A stretch of 62,836 nt of DNA, counting the filler, from Sphacelaria rigidula (taxonomy: Eukaryota): NCBI GenBank assembly GCA_964200075.2. It is 3 parts of 3 records of this genome, joined end to end, with 100 filler letters (N's around TTAATTAATTAA, not from the genome) between each part and the next. Parts side by side here need not be neighbours in the genome. Positions count along the whole stretch, not along the records: positions 1 to 20,882 come from CAXNAA020000484.1; 2 more parts are not named here. One strand, written 5' to 3'. A model generated the notes under the pieces. It searched no databases. It saw only the letters and a list, made by a program, of their open reading frames with translations, and was not told where the DNA came from. Position numbers and translations under genes: made by a program. Shown in pieces: positions 1 to 12,400 of this stretch (position 1 is its first letter; each line of letters begins with the position of its first letter).

Positions 1-49
1 CATTTTCGGGGAGATTTTGCGGGGTGGGGCTATCGTAGAAAGTGTCACG

Positions 50-1230
50 GCTGGAAAAAGAACCCGACGGTGGTGTTCGAAAGAATATTTGAGGCGGTCG
101 ACCAGTGGAAGTTCATTGAAGCACATGGCCGGCGCGACTATGCAACAAGTGCAGGTGGTACGCGCTGCAAACAGAAACAGCAACAGAAACAGCTACCGTC
201 TTCGCGAGAGTCGCCCACTCACGCGTGTTACAACTGAGGCGACACCGGACATATGATCAAGGACTGCCCCAGGCCTCGCGCTCAAGGCACGGCACAGGGC
301 AATGAACGAGATTCATCAGGATCTCGGGGCGGTCGTCATTGTGGACGGGGCCGTGCCAATCGTGGACGCGGGCGCGGCGGCCGCGGTAGCAAGCATTCGG
401 CGGCGGATGGTGGTACCTCCGCTGCTGTTTCTTCCACCACGTCATCAGATGGTGACTCTGGATGTTATGCTTCGTCCGTAGCGGGGCGGGCAGTGTACGT
501 GGGAACTGCAAATACCTCGGTAGGGGGTGCAGCAACAAATAGCTCGCAACTCTCGGCCAGGCAGGATCCGTGTCTGGTGCATACCCTACTGTTGCGACGG
601 CTGTAACAGAACCGTCTGCATGTTCGGCGACTTGGTCTGGTTGAACCGACGATTCGCAGCTATCGATGCCAAGTGCTAGGGGGCAGCCCTGGCGTCAGGT
701 GACTATTGGGACAGAACAAGGTTTTTCGGCAGGTGTGGTACCTGTCGGTCGCAAGGCTGAATGCTTATGCGCAGATTTATCCTTGCCTGGTTTTGTAGGT
801 TGGTTCATGGTCCGCGTTATTTTGGATTCTGGGTCCGCGCTCACGTCGATCGGCGTAGGGTAGCTTGGACACTTGTCTTCGCAGTTCGGCGGCGCTCAGC
901 TCTAGATTTCATTCGAAAACGGACCGCAAACGGCACAGACCGCCATGGGTGTTCCCGTGACGATCACGCACAAAACGGTGCAGATTCCTGAGTGCGTGCG
1001 TCGTGGGGAGCTGAGCAGTTGCAGTCCATCAAAGACTGCCATGCCTGGTAGAGACAACGTGGTTCTATTCGGGATGGCGACATGAATGAGCTTGGGATTG
1101 ATCTATCCGCTGGCGTTGGAGAAACTACGTCTGCGTGTGCTGTGCCGGTGCAAAGCGGCGTGGGGAACCCCAGTTTCCTTGCTGCAAGGCGTGTGATCTT
1201 ATCCACGCGGTTATCCCCGAGCGCCAGGTG
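50..1230 (+). mobile_element. Degenerate Ty3/Gypsy-like LTR retrotransposon gag-protease fragment
   Basis: Zinc knuckle CYN*GDTGHMIKDC from 226 (second Cys replaced by TGA), RG-rich tail, aspartic protease motif VRVILDSGSALTSIG near 810-855. Frameshifts and stops present. Boundaries approximate. Confidence 0.75.
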
Positions 1231-3022
1231 ACACGTCGCGTCTGTACGTCAACACGAAATTTAATCATGCAATGGAAAAGGTGAATTTCACGGTTTGCTG
1301 GTGTTGCAGGAATTGGGCAGCTTCCGCCATGGACACATTTTGACCAATATCACTTCCATTTAGAACTTGGAAAAAAAACCTGCATTCTTTGTTCTTCGCA
1401 TCTCCGTTGTAGGACGAGGAAATGATCATCTCCAATCTTGCATGTAGTGTCTCGCATTGCTGCGGAGGACGCCTTTGATGTTCAATATGTGATTCCAGTG
1501 GTTTTTCAGTTCATCCCTATTTGTTGCTGCTGCAGCTTTCAACGCTCACGCACAAGAGGGATGAGATATGAACACCAAAGGTTGCCTCCACTCCACCATC
1601 AACCCACACTAGACGTCCAGGGATTTACAGATGCAATACAATAACATCTGGTTGTATTAGACAAAAAAACAGCATGTTTTTTTCGGGCGCTCACAGCCTC
1701 ATCGTTGTTATGGCCCTCTCGATGCCATCTCACACGCTCATGACAAAGTAGTCCAGGGGCGGGGCGTTTTACTTCCGTACGATTGCCAACCGAATGCTCT
1801 TCCAACGTCCGCCAGCCTCCTCTTTCTCAATCCACAAAAACACCATGTGTTGTAAATACGCCCCATCTCGCCCGACATGAAACGCGCAGCGACAGCTCAA
1901 TGCGCGAGTTGCGCACTTGAATCTCCTTTACGTATAATAGGTTTTAAAACAAACAAAACTCAACAAGGGATACAACAAAACGCGAAACTAAAATCTGCAC
2001 CGTTCGTGTGCCCAAATTCCAACATTACTCCACAATCAACCCAGAAGCGACGGGAATAACCCGATGACTGAAAATGCACAAGGCACGACTATTTATGCTA
2101 GTCAGCTCCGTGGAAAGGGTGGCGGAGGGTGGATGCCACCCCTGTGGCACGGCGTCGACTCAAATCCCCAACTGAAATCAACGTGTTCCAACACACTCAA
2201 CTACTCATACAACGAATCGAGACACCTTTTCGTGTCAATGGTGGCGGAACAACACGTCGTGGTGACGGTGAGGGTCGCTCGCGTGGACACCAACAAAATT
2301 AAATCGATCGACAGCCGCAAGCGGCAATGCTGATCACGCATCGCTCCAACACCCAACGTTACCCTCTACAGCAAAATCGCCAGTACACTGACGAGGAGGG
2401 ATACTAGTGCGCCCAAGGGCAGCAGTGGTCGCAAACAATAATGGCAAGTCAGCCATGTGGAATGCTGAAAACGTACTAGTAGGAACATCGAGGACAAAAG
2501 GGGAGTACTCCTTCGTCGTACATGTTTGTTGGACAACGCAATAGAAAACAATAAAAAGCAGTATTTACGTCTCAACAATTCCTGGCGTTGGCGTCGTATT
2601 CAAATGAAAAGACGCATGTGCATGCAAGGCGAACCTCTATGCATAATCTTCATCATGAGTAATTTACAAATTTCTCTCAAAGTAAACTTGTGTATCTTTC
2701 AACCCTTCCCCTGCACCTACAGACCAAATACAACCGGAGGCGCTATGTCTCGGCACCAAATCATGTACCACCCAACAATCTTGTCGCGAGAGCGTCGGAC
2801 AGACGTGGCGACGGGTAGTGCTCGCTGTTGACACCCTAGTGGCACACTTAGCTTTTTCCCATACCACGAACATTTCACATCCACTCATGTGGCGCGGATA
2901 TTGCACGATCTGGATCGCACGCAACCCGGCAAGGGCAGAAAAAGGACAACGGCAGCCACACAACACCAATCAACTCATACCGGCCATGAAACCATACAAG
3001 CACGTCGCCAGGCTATTCAACT

Positions 3023-3490
3023 TCAAGACTTGTATACGTCCATCGCGAGCCTACCCCCGCAAGTTTGTGAGGAATCTCCCGCACACTCATACTTACAACG
3101 CCTAGAAGAACCGTGCACATCGTAATCGGGCGAGTCAGAGCACCAACACTGAACTCCATACTGCAAACCGTAGTACGTGTAATCGCTGCAGATCGCTGCG
3201 CACTCGTCAACAGTCATCCATCGTTTATCGACGATCTTCTCGTCCATGATTCGCTTTCGGCGTCTCTTGTCCCTGAAGCAGCCTAAGTATCCACCACCAC
3301 CACCACCACCACCACCACCGCCTCCTCCTCCTCCTCCTCCTCCACCGCCGCCTCCACCCCCTCCACCATACTGGTACACACTGATTCGGGATTTATCACC
3401 GCAGGCCTCCGTGTCGTCACCGAAGCAGGCCATGTTGCATTCCCCTTCCCCGTAGTAGGAGTAGTCGTCGTCCGCGTAACCGCAGTAGCA
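3023..3490 (-). CDS. Exon 18 (terminal): end of WSC3, 26-Gly linker, WSC4
   Basis: CYCGYADDDYSYYGEGECNMACFGDDTEACG...(G)26 YLGCFRD...CAAIC...CWCS...CKYECAGDSSQTCGGRLAMDVYKS*. Confidence 0.92.
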   Translation of the reverse strand, partial: CYCGYADDDYSYYGEGECNMACFGDDTEACGDKSRISVYQYGGGGGGGGGGGGGGGGGGGGGGGGGGYLGCFRDKRRRKRIMDEKIVDKRWMTVDECAAICSDYTYYGLQYGVQCWCSDSPDYDVHGSSRRCKYECAGDSSQTCGGRLAMDVYKS

Positions 3491-6400
3491 CTGCACGTCA
3501 AGTGGGTTCAACAATCGGTGCCGTGCGTGGTGCGTGGTGCGATTGGGGGTGCGGTTGGTTGGTGAGGGGGGGGTGAGGAGGGGGTGACGGACACACTTGG
3601 GAGAGGTTGAATTCGGATGTGGGCATACTGCAGATTACTCAGGAACGTAGATATCAAGATGCTGTACGGGGAGTACGTGTCGAGTTCCCACAATGAACTA
3701 GCTCGCTACCGGTATGCATCATCTCAGCCACGCAAGCGGAGGTACAAGATGAGGAACAGCGACCTCCCTCCGAAAAAGATTTAATTCCACGGTGGTCAAC
3801 CCCTGGACCGCCAGGTTCGTCGTCTGTTAAATCGAGATCAATTCCAAGTGAAAAACAAGTATGCATGATCCAGAAAGAGTAATCTCGCGGTCCAAGAGTT
3901 CCAAGACGGATATTTTCAACTGATGTCACCTCATCGGCGAACTGGGTCCCGAAGTACGTGTATCCAGAGCACATTCGGGCGCAAACCTGGGCCGACAGAC
4001 GAACGGAAACACAAATGAAAGCGTTAGTGTAGTACAATGAAAGGCATGCCCAACGACGTGGTCGACTTGTCCATGAGCGGACACATGTCTTTTCAGAACG
4101 TGGACAGGGAACACAAGTGTTCAATAGTGTTCGACTAAACGTCGAGACTCGTGTGCTTTCCAATATCGACAGCCTATTGCAATGTACCGAGTGGCTTGTG
4201 GGTGTTACGCGATGGCTCCCCTGGGAGATGAAGGCATATCTCCGCCACAAAACAATCCAGCGTCCCATTGTATATTTTATTTCACGAAGATGACTTAATC
4301 CATTCCAGTCCGAGGCAGTGTACTCACAGCTGCAGTCATGTCGTCGACACCCCTCCTAGCCTTGCCGGTAAGCACACGGTCACGCATACGGTCAACGTAG
4401 CAGCCCACGTAGCTGTACCCTCCGGAGGAACCGGAGGGCTTGGGCTCTTCTGTGATGGGTCCAGGCTTCGGCTTTGTAGGTGCGGGGGGCTTCGAGCCAA
4501 TGCCATACTGGTATGCACTGATGGCGTTCTTCCCGCCGCAAGTCTCCGATGGCTCACCGGCACACTTCTTGTTGCACTTGCCGCCTCCGTACCTTGTGGG
4601 GTCGTCGTTACCACAGTAGCACTGCGGTTGGGCGACGGGAAGCGGGGCGGTGAGGGGCGGGACCCAGTTACTTCCCCGGCTTCATGGAACCAGTGGTACG
4701 GTGTGCTGTGGGATGACGGTGCGAAAATATGAACGATGGAAAGGTATCAGTTCCCCCATCGCTTCTTCTTTCGACATCTAAGGTCTAACGGTTTTTCCAA
4801 TACATCTCTCACGGCCTCGGTGATTCTCTCTAGTGTTTTTCACCTCGAAGGAAAACTGCGTGCCGAAATACTTGTATCCAGCGCACGCATTCGCGCAAAC
4901 CTGTTGTCATTCCGGGAAAATAGCGCGGCGAAAGCAGAAACGAGGGCACGGGGAGAACATATGAGCGTATCTTGTGCTGTACTTCTTTGGGTCTTATGAG
5001 AGTGGTATACCTCGCGAGCGCGCACATTGAACCTGTAAAAGGAGCGTCTACGCAGTATTTAGTGGACCCGGTACTCACGGAAGTCGACATGTAGGGATCC
5101 CTCTTGAGGGAGGGACCAGTTAGCACACGGTCATATCTGTCGTCCGCGAAACAGCCCAAATATCCGTAGTTGTCGGGGGAGGTGTCCGTCTTTGGGGGTG
5201 TCGTTACAACGACGGCCTCCGTCGGTGCAGGTGTGACCGCCTCCGTCGGTGCAGGTGTGACCGCAACAGCTGGCGTCGGTTCAGCCGTGCCTATGATCAC
5301 AGGACCGGGCAAGCTGGGTTCGATCCCAACAGGGGCAGGGGTGGGTCCGGGTTTACCAATCGAAAAGACCTCCATCGCGTTGCTACCACCACAGAAAAAA
5401 TCAGGGAATGCGGTACAGAGGAATTTGCAATCGTTTGCTTTTTTATTTCCCTGGCTCCCATAGTTCTCGCCCGACGTCCCGCAGAAGCATTGGTAGGAGT
5501 TTTCGAGTCCAAACAGCGTCATGCCCGGTATGGTGGCGCAGTACGACGCGCAAATGGATGGGCTCATGGCCCTTTCCCCGACACCGCATTGCTTGGACAT
5601 GTGGGAGAGGATGCGCTTCTTGTTTGTGTTGTCGGTGTAGCATCCCAGTGACTGTTCCATGGCGAAGGTACCATGCGCAAAAAATGTAACAGGACGACGC
5701 GACGCGAGGAAAACTCCATGAGGTTTCAGTAACGGTACGATGCGAGACGCCCTGGTCATGACGTGGTCACCATTTTCGTGCACGTCATCATGGTTCCGCG
5801 TTACAATAATTGTCGATATGGCAACACCCCATGACAAACACAGTGTGAAGTCGGACATCTCGGGACCGAATATCGGCCAGATTTGTTGGATGATGAGTGT
5901 CGGCAACTCCCTTCACCAACGTCGAGAAAAATGTGGATTTCTTGCCTCCCGAGTTTTGGTTCCGAACAATATACGAAATCATTGCGTCGACATTCGCTTC
6001 TGCTACAATCAACCTTCAACGCTTGCAGAGGCCCGACAAACTCTCCAGCTCGTGCAATATCGTCGTTTGGCGTATTTTTCATACACGCAACAAAAAGGAT
6101 AGCTACTGTGCTCTGTACGAGAAGCTCACGCTTCTCGAGCTTCGCGTCGGGTATCCGAATTCACCTTGTACGTGGGCTGCTCCCCAGATTGCACAAGGCA
6201 GGTCGTGGCACACAGATCTCCGCAGGGCATGCGGTACACCTTCCAGTTTTTGTCGATCATGTAGATTTCGCCCTGCCACACGACATGCGACACGCACGAC
6301 CGACGGTGAACGTACGCCACGGCGAGAAGGCCAAAATTAGGGGTATGCCAGGCTACAGGAAAATGGTGATACAAGATCAAGGCGCAGATACTGTCGGCCG

Positions 6401-9400
6401 AAAGTGCAGCTATTCGACAGCCGGGTATTCCAGAATCAACGCCGACTGCGTCCACGCCGGATCGGAAAAGGGTAGGTACACGGACTACGTGACTCCTCTG
6501 GCACTACCTTCCAGTGGTCCGACCCATACATGTCTCGGCGTGAAATCCCCCTTGATGCACTCACGTCGTGGTCTTCGCCGAAGCTGATGATGGGGACAGA
6601 TCCGTCACCCACGATCGTCCCGATGTACTCTTGACCATTTCGAATCGCCATATAGTAGACCTTCCTGTGAATACAGTGCGGGCGGAAGGCTCAGAGTACA
6701 AGTTCGAGGATTGCCCTTTCTTGCCGTATAAATCAGCGCGTGACCCGGGTCTGGTATCTGGGGTGAAGTTGGGGACACGTTCCTCAAACTTGGAATGGAA
6801 CCATGAGTCATCACGCGCCACGACAGCGTACCATGCCGAGTCATCAGCTGCGAATACAGACATAGTGCCAGTATGGACCTCAGTTGAACAACACGAGCAC
6901 AGTTCAACTCGACGAGGAGGAAAATGTCGACGAAAGGGCACCGAGAATGCAATCAAGGTGCACCAAAATATAAAGGAGGAAAACACAAATAAAAAAAACT
7001 GGCGGCAGATGAACCACTGATCCCAGAAAAAAACGGTCACCTCTCCAGCTGAAGGAACCATGCCAAAAATCAATCTATTACCGACATGCGGGATGAAAGG
7101 AGACCAACTCCTGACTCACTTGTTTTGCGTGTCACCGAAGATGTAGGCGCCGTACAGGAGGTCAGCAAAGAAGAACCCGCGGTACACAAACCCACCTGGG
7201 AACAATAGTTGTATGACTTGTTAGTCTCTCAGACGATTTGCGTATCGTGAAGGTGTCGACGACGACTACGAAATGTGCAACAAAATGGCGAAAACGACGA
7301 CAAAGCCTGTGTTCAAAAGCGCAGCATGGCTTGCGGCTGAGATAGCCTGACGACGAATGCGCACGATAACCAACTGATGGAACATTTGCCCGCAAGACTC
7401 GGCTGCACAGACGGGGTAGTCGTGAATGATGAGTTCACGCACGTCGGCGGTCGAGAAAATCAAAAATGAAATTTAGTTTACCGATAACGGCGTGCCCGGT
7501 GACACGGCGTTGGCCACAGATGTCCTTGCCACCCGTGAGCTTGGCTTGATCCGAAGGTGAGGAGTCGTAGTCGGGGTGGCAGTACTCGAACAGAGGCCAC
7601 TTGTAATCGGAGCGAACTACAGCTGAGCAGTCGTTCCCATTCCATTCTTTGCACAGGCTTCCCTCAAACATCGACCATCCGTAGTTGCCCCCGCACCTGG
7701 TCAATTTCCAGTGTTGGATAGATGACCGCGTCACGGGTGTTACAAGCTCTCACCTCGGTTCGACATGTAAGACACCACGAGTACCCCGTAAGCATGGACA
7801 GGGGTTTCCGCCCAGAAGAAACGAACACTTCATTTCACCGCGCCCCGCGCTCGACGACCCCATGATACTGGAAAGTAAGAAACTGGGCACACCATGAAAT
7901 GGAATTACCGGTCCAGAATCCCAACAGCCAACAATACGATTTGCTGGCTTGTGTTGCTATCATTGCCTCCGACAACAAAATGACCTAAACTCCATCGAAA
8001 GCATCAGAACCCCGTGGATTGCAAAACCCCTCAAACGCTGGAGGAGACACATGGACACACCATCCATGATTTTTGTGGGGTCATGATCGCCAGGGGCAAC
8101 CATGCAGGTTGGTGACCGAATGCAGGTTAGTAACCAAAGTTGCATCATCATGAAATTTCCCCCCTCGGAATGCAATCCGGCAGCTCGTGTCATGATTGTT
8201 TCATCTCGTCTTCAACTAATGTGACTGTGCGGGGATTGAGTAAATGAATGATTCTTGTGGAAATTACTCAATGCTCATGATTCGTACCGCACGAATCCAT
8301 CCTCGGTCCTTGTTTTCAGCGTAGCAACCCGGGTACGCGCACCCCAGGCACGCGGAATGGCGGAAACTTTTCTGACCATTTGTCGTCATTTTTCTTTCCT
8401 AGCAATGAGGCCTGAAAAACCGTGGATATGGTGCTTCGGACCGGCGTGATTCGTCCGAACCGTGTATTCTCCCCATGTCCTTCCGACGTCAAAACTGGAA
8501 GTTTGTGATATTTTGCACTCTACAACGTTCCGTTGCTCGACTGGCCTCCCACACGTACAGTACCGGACCATGTACTCACTGGATTGTGTAGATGGATTCA
8601 ACGTCGGTGTGGCCCACGTCACCGCAGTACAATTCGTCGGTCGCCCTGTCGAAGCTGCAGCGCCACGGGTTCCGGAAGCCGATGGCACAGATCTCGGGAC
8701 GACCTGTTCATCGTTACGATTCCCATTAGGGCGTGCGCAAAAATACAGACAGGTGTGGCTCATCTTTTGTCGTTCAACATAGAAGCAACCATTCCTTCTT
8801 GACTGGAATGGATACAGTGGATGCGTCAACAACTCTTGATGACGAGGTACATGAAACACAACACATCTATACAGCAACGACACATCAAATCAGTTCTCAC
8901 CGCCTTTCATGTTGTCGGCGGGGATGTCGTAGCCCGGGACGCCCGACTGTACCTTGATGCGCACGATACTCGCGTGTAAATCCATCTTGTTTTGCCCATG
9001 CCCATTAGGATCCTCCTGAGGGCCGCTGTCACCAAGCGCCCAATAGATATCTTGTTTGCCCTGTTGAATGTGTAAACGCCAAGTCCAAGTATAAAAATGT
9101 ACTCATGAGACGTTGATTCCAGCTTCATTGGAAGTGGTGTTGTGGGCTCATCAGGGGCTGGATACTCACAGTTTTGCCGTATGTCCCATGCTTGAACCCG
9201 ACCCAGCCACCGCCGTGGATGGACGTGGACCTAATTGAGGTCTCCAAGAGTATCTCCTCGGAAGCCAGGGTGGCAGCGGAAGATCCGGAGTTTGTGAAGC
9301 GAGACAGTCTGCCCTTCACCGATTTGAGCTGTTGTTGCATTTTGTCAGGGGTGAGCGCACAACAGAGGACGAGACGTGGGAGCACATTTAGTCGGGATAA

Positions 9401-12400
9401 ACGGGAGGGTTCGGCGAATCAGGTGCTGCAAGAGGTAATTTCAGGTCAACCGGCACTGAGGACAGTCACTCACTTTGCCAATATTGTAGCTGACGTAGAA
9501 TTCTCCCTTGGAGGAGAAGGTAGGGCCGAAACAGAAGTCCAGCAAGCCCTGTAAATGGATATAGCAGAAAGGGGTACGTTCAAGTGCAATTTCAATCGCC
9601 GATGATTGAGCTAATATGCTTCTTCCCATCTTCACGTATCAATCATTCATTTGAACCATTCATCTTTGTCGCATAACGGGGGAGTAGCCGAACACAACGA
9701 TGTTTGCGTGGAAACCAACGCTAAGTCTGGATAAAAGAAATGTTATCAAGACAAGGAGCAGTTTTCGTGTCAAACCTGATACAGGACAAAAATAGCATAC
9801 ATCCATCTCATTCGACACATGGCATTGTCTAGTAACAATAGCTCAAGAGTAGTTGCACCTATCTACTCACAAATACTCAGAAAAGATGACCTGCCCATGC
9901 CAGATTCCTCGCGACTACCAACATCTGCTCACCTCCTCATAGGCCTCATAGAACTCGGGATGATCACCGAGATTCATAACGGTCTTGCTGGACTTGAGGT
10001 CTGAAACGGATATCTGGGAAAGTTGCACACACATTCAGGCACGATATTTTCAATCGACGCACAGCCGGAGGATGCACGTCGTTCCAGTTGTGAGAGAAAT
10101 ATAAAATGCAAGAAAATGTTGGGCGGAAGTGGAAGGAACAAATTCATCAGTAAAAATGGGACACCCTCGACGGGAGAGAGGCATCACGTTATCGAAAAGT
10201 GTACTGTGTACACTATCGAGTATTGCGTTTCTTGCAACAGGCCTCACGTTCCACACCTTGCGCTGTACCTCTTTGGACACCGTCATCCAATGCCCAGGGT
10301 GCAAAAAACGGGGCACTTATGGACCAACGCACAGCACGATTTACGACCTTACAGTGGACGTCCTCACCTCCTTCATCATCCCCTCTCGTCCACCAAACCA
10401 CCAGGTCTTCTTGTCTGGGCTCATTTTCATCGCCAGAGTGTACTTTGGGAGATCGGCTTCCTTGAACGGCTGATTCAATCCGGTTTCGAAAATCTCCTCT
10501 GGATTCGAAAACGGACCGAAGAAAGACCGGGGAGGGATTTCAGCCAACCTCCTGAGATGAGGGCTCACGGGACGTTCAAACGCTCTTCGTGGCTTCGACG
10601 CGTTCAGTTCGGTACAGATTGATACCACCCGCACTAGCCATATATTGCGAGAGGCATGAGTGAATGTTCGTGTAATCGTGGGCGTGCGCCGGACTTGCCA
10701 TGCGCCATGTGTCACAAAATATGTTCACTGCGCCCCAAATATCTAGAGATATTGGACAGCTCGTATAATCACCCCTAGCAGGTCCTCTTTTGGGACATAA
10801 ATACAAGGTGTACGTGCGGAAGAACACACCTCATCTGTTTCTGATAGATCAGTAAAACTGGCTCGGCCGGTCACCAAAATCCAACTGTGGAACTCCCGTA
10901 TCGCTAGGGTTCGGAGTTGCCCGTCATATGGATAACGCTGCACTTCAGACAGTGAGACATGGAACGGTAGAGATTTTATATGAAATAAATTCCTATGTAC
11001 GTTCCATCACTCGTGCGGCTAACGCGGCCTCTTCAGGACCGTAATGCTGCCCTACGGTGATTCCCAGCCGAAGGAATATTTCTGGGGATCCGAGAAACGA
11101 CGAGATGGGGGGAAATGGGACCCTCCCACTTCGTGCTTGCTCACAGATCGCCCTACGACGAACATCAGATTCTCGAGTTTGGCTTTATTCATGTTTAGCC
11201 TCGCGTATGGAATTAGGACATGGTCACCGGCCGAACGGGATCGAGGTCAACGATGAAAGCTTTTTTGCATGTATCACGTCTGTGGTCATTTTCTTCGGTT
11301 TCGGTTCGTATGTTTTTTCATTTCGTTTCATCCTCCAAGTTCGAGTAGTTAGTGCAGAACTAGAAATTTTGTGCAGATAGCACAGCGTTTCGAATGCCAA
11401 GGCTACGACAACAAGTGTCGATCTTCCAGACACTCACCTTCAACATACGGGTACGACCAGTACAAGTCCGTGTCACCGCCCGTATGCTGGTCGCAGTAAG
11501 ACTTTGTGCCGTAGGTGGGGAAAGTGATTTGCGAGCTGCAGGCGTTGACTAACTTTTTGCAGAAGGAGTTCTTCATGGTCAGGCCGTCGAGGGCACCAAA
11601 CTCTTTGCCCAGCTGCTCGTACAAGTGCGCGCTGTAGGAATGACAGGGGCCACATAACACCTACACATATAATAAGCAGCCGTGGGAACGGAAGAGGCGG
11701 GAGAGAGCAAACCGTAAGTTTCCGTTGCACCTCGAACAGCGACGAGGGCAAGATTGGATGGTGCACTGATGTTTCCAGGCACACGGGTGGTTGAAGGGGT
11801 ATTCGAAGTAGACGTTGGCAAACATATCATGATTGTGAACAAGCTATCGTCCGTCGAACCGTCGTACACACCCTGACCTGCCCGTATGATGGATCCATCA
11901 CTGTGCCCCACTCCTCTACTCAAAATTCCCGCTGTAAGACTCCTGTGGCGTTGTACAGACAGCACAATTACACGTTGTAGAAATCACGCGCATCACAAAA
12001 AACCAAAAGGTAGCATTGTGCTACTCATTACTGGGTAACACAACCACGCCTCAGTCTTTTCACGATACCTCCCTCCCATTTCCCCCAAAACAGTGGTGGA
12101 TTAGGGGAGGCAAAATCTACACGTGTGAAACGAAAAAAAAAGCCGAGCACAATGGGCAGCTGGAAATTCCCGCACCAAAGTTGGTTTCATGAAGCCTGAA
12201 ACCGAACATGAAGTGCTGTATGACCATTTCATTCAGGACAGTTCTAGGCTGGTATGGGGGAAGAGCTGCGATGCAAAACTACTCACTGCTGACACAATTT
12301 CGACATGCTTTCCAATTGGCTTGAAGGCACCATCGTATTACAACTTCATTCAACAAGGTGCCAACATTTGTTTACTCCGTTGATTCGAGTAGCTCAATCA

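Noticed and set aside
3246-3455. Plus-strand poly-proline ORF
   Set aside because: Antisense shadow of the poly-Gly linker in exon 18.
5883-7073. Long ORFs of 147-234 aa overlapping exons 12-13
   Set aside because: No domain motifs; they overlap the real spliced gene antisense or out of frame.
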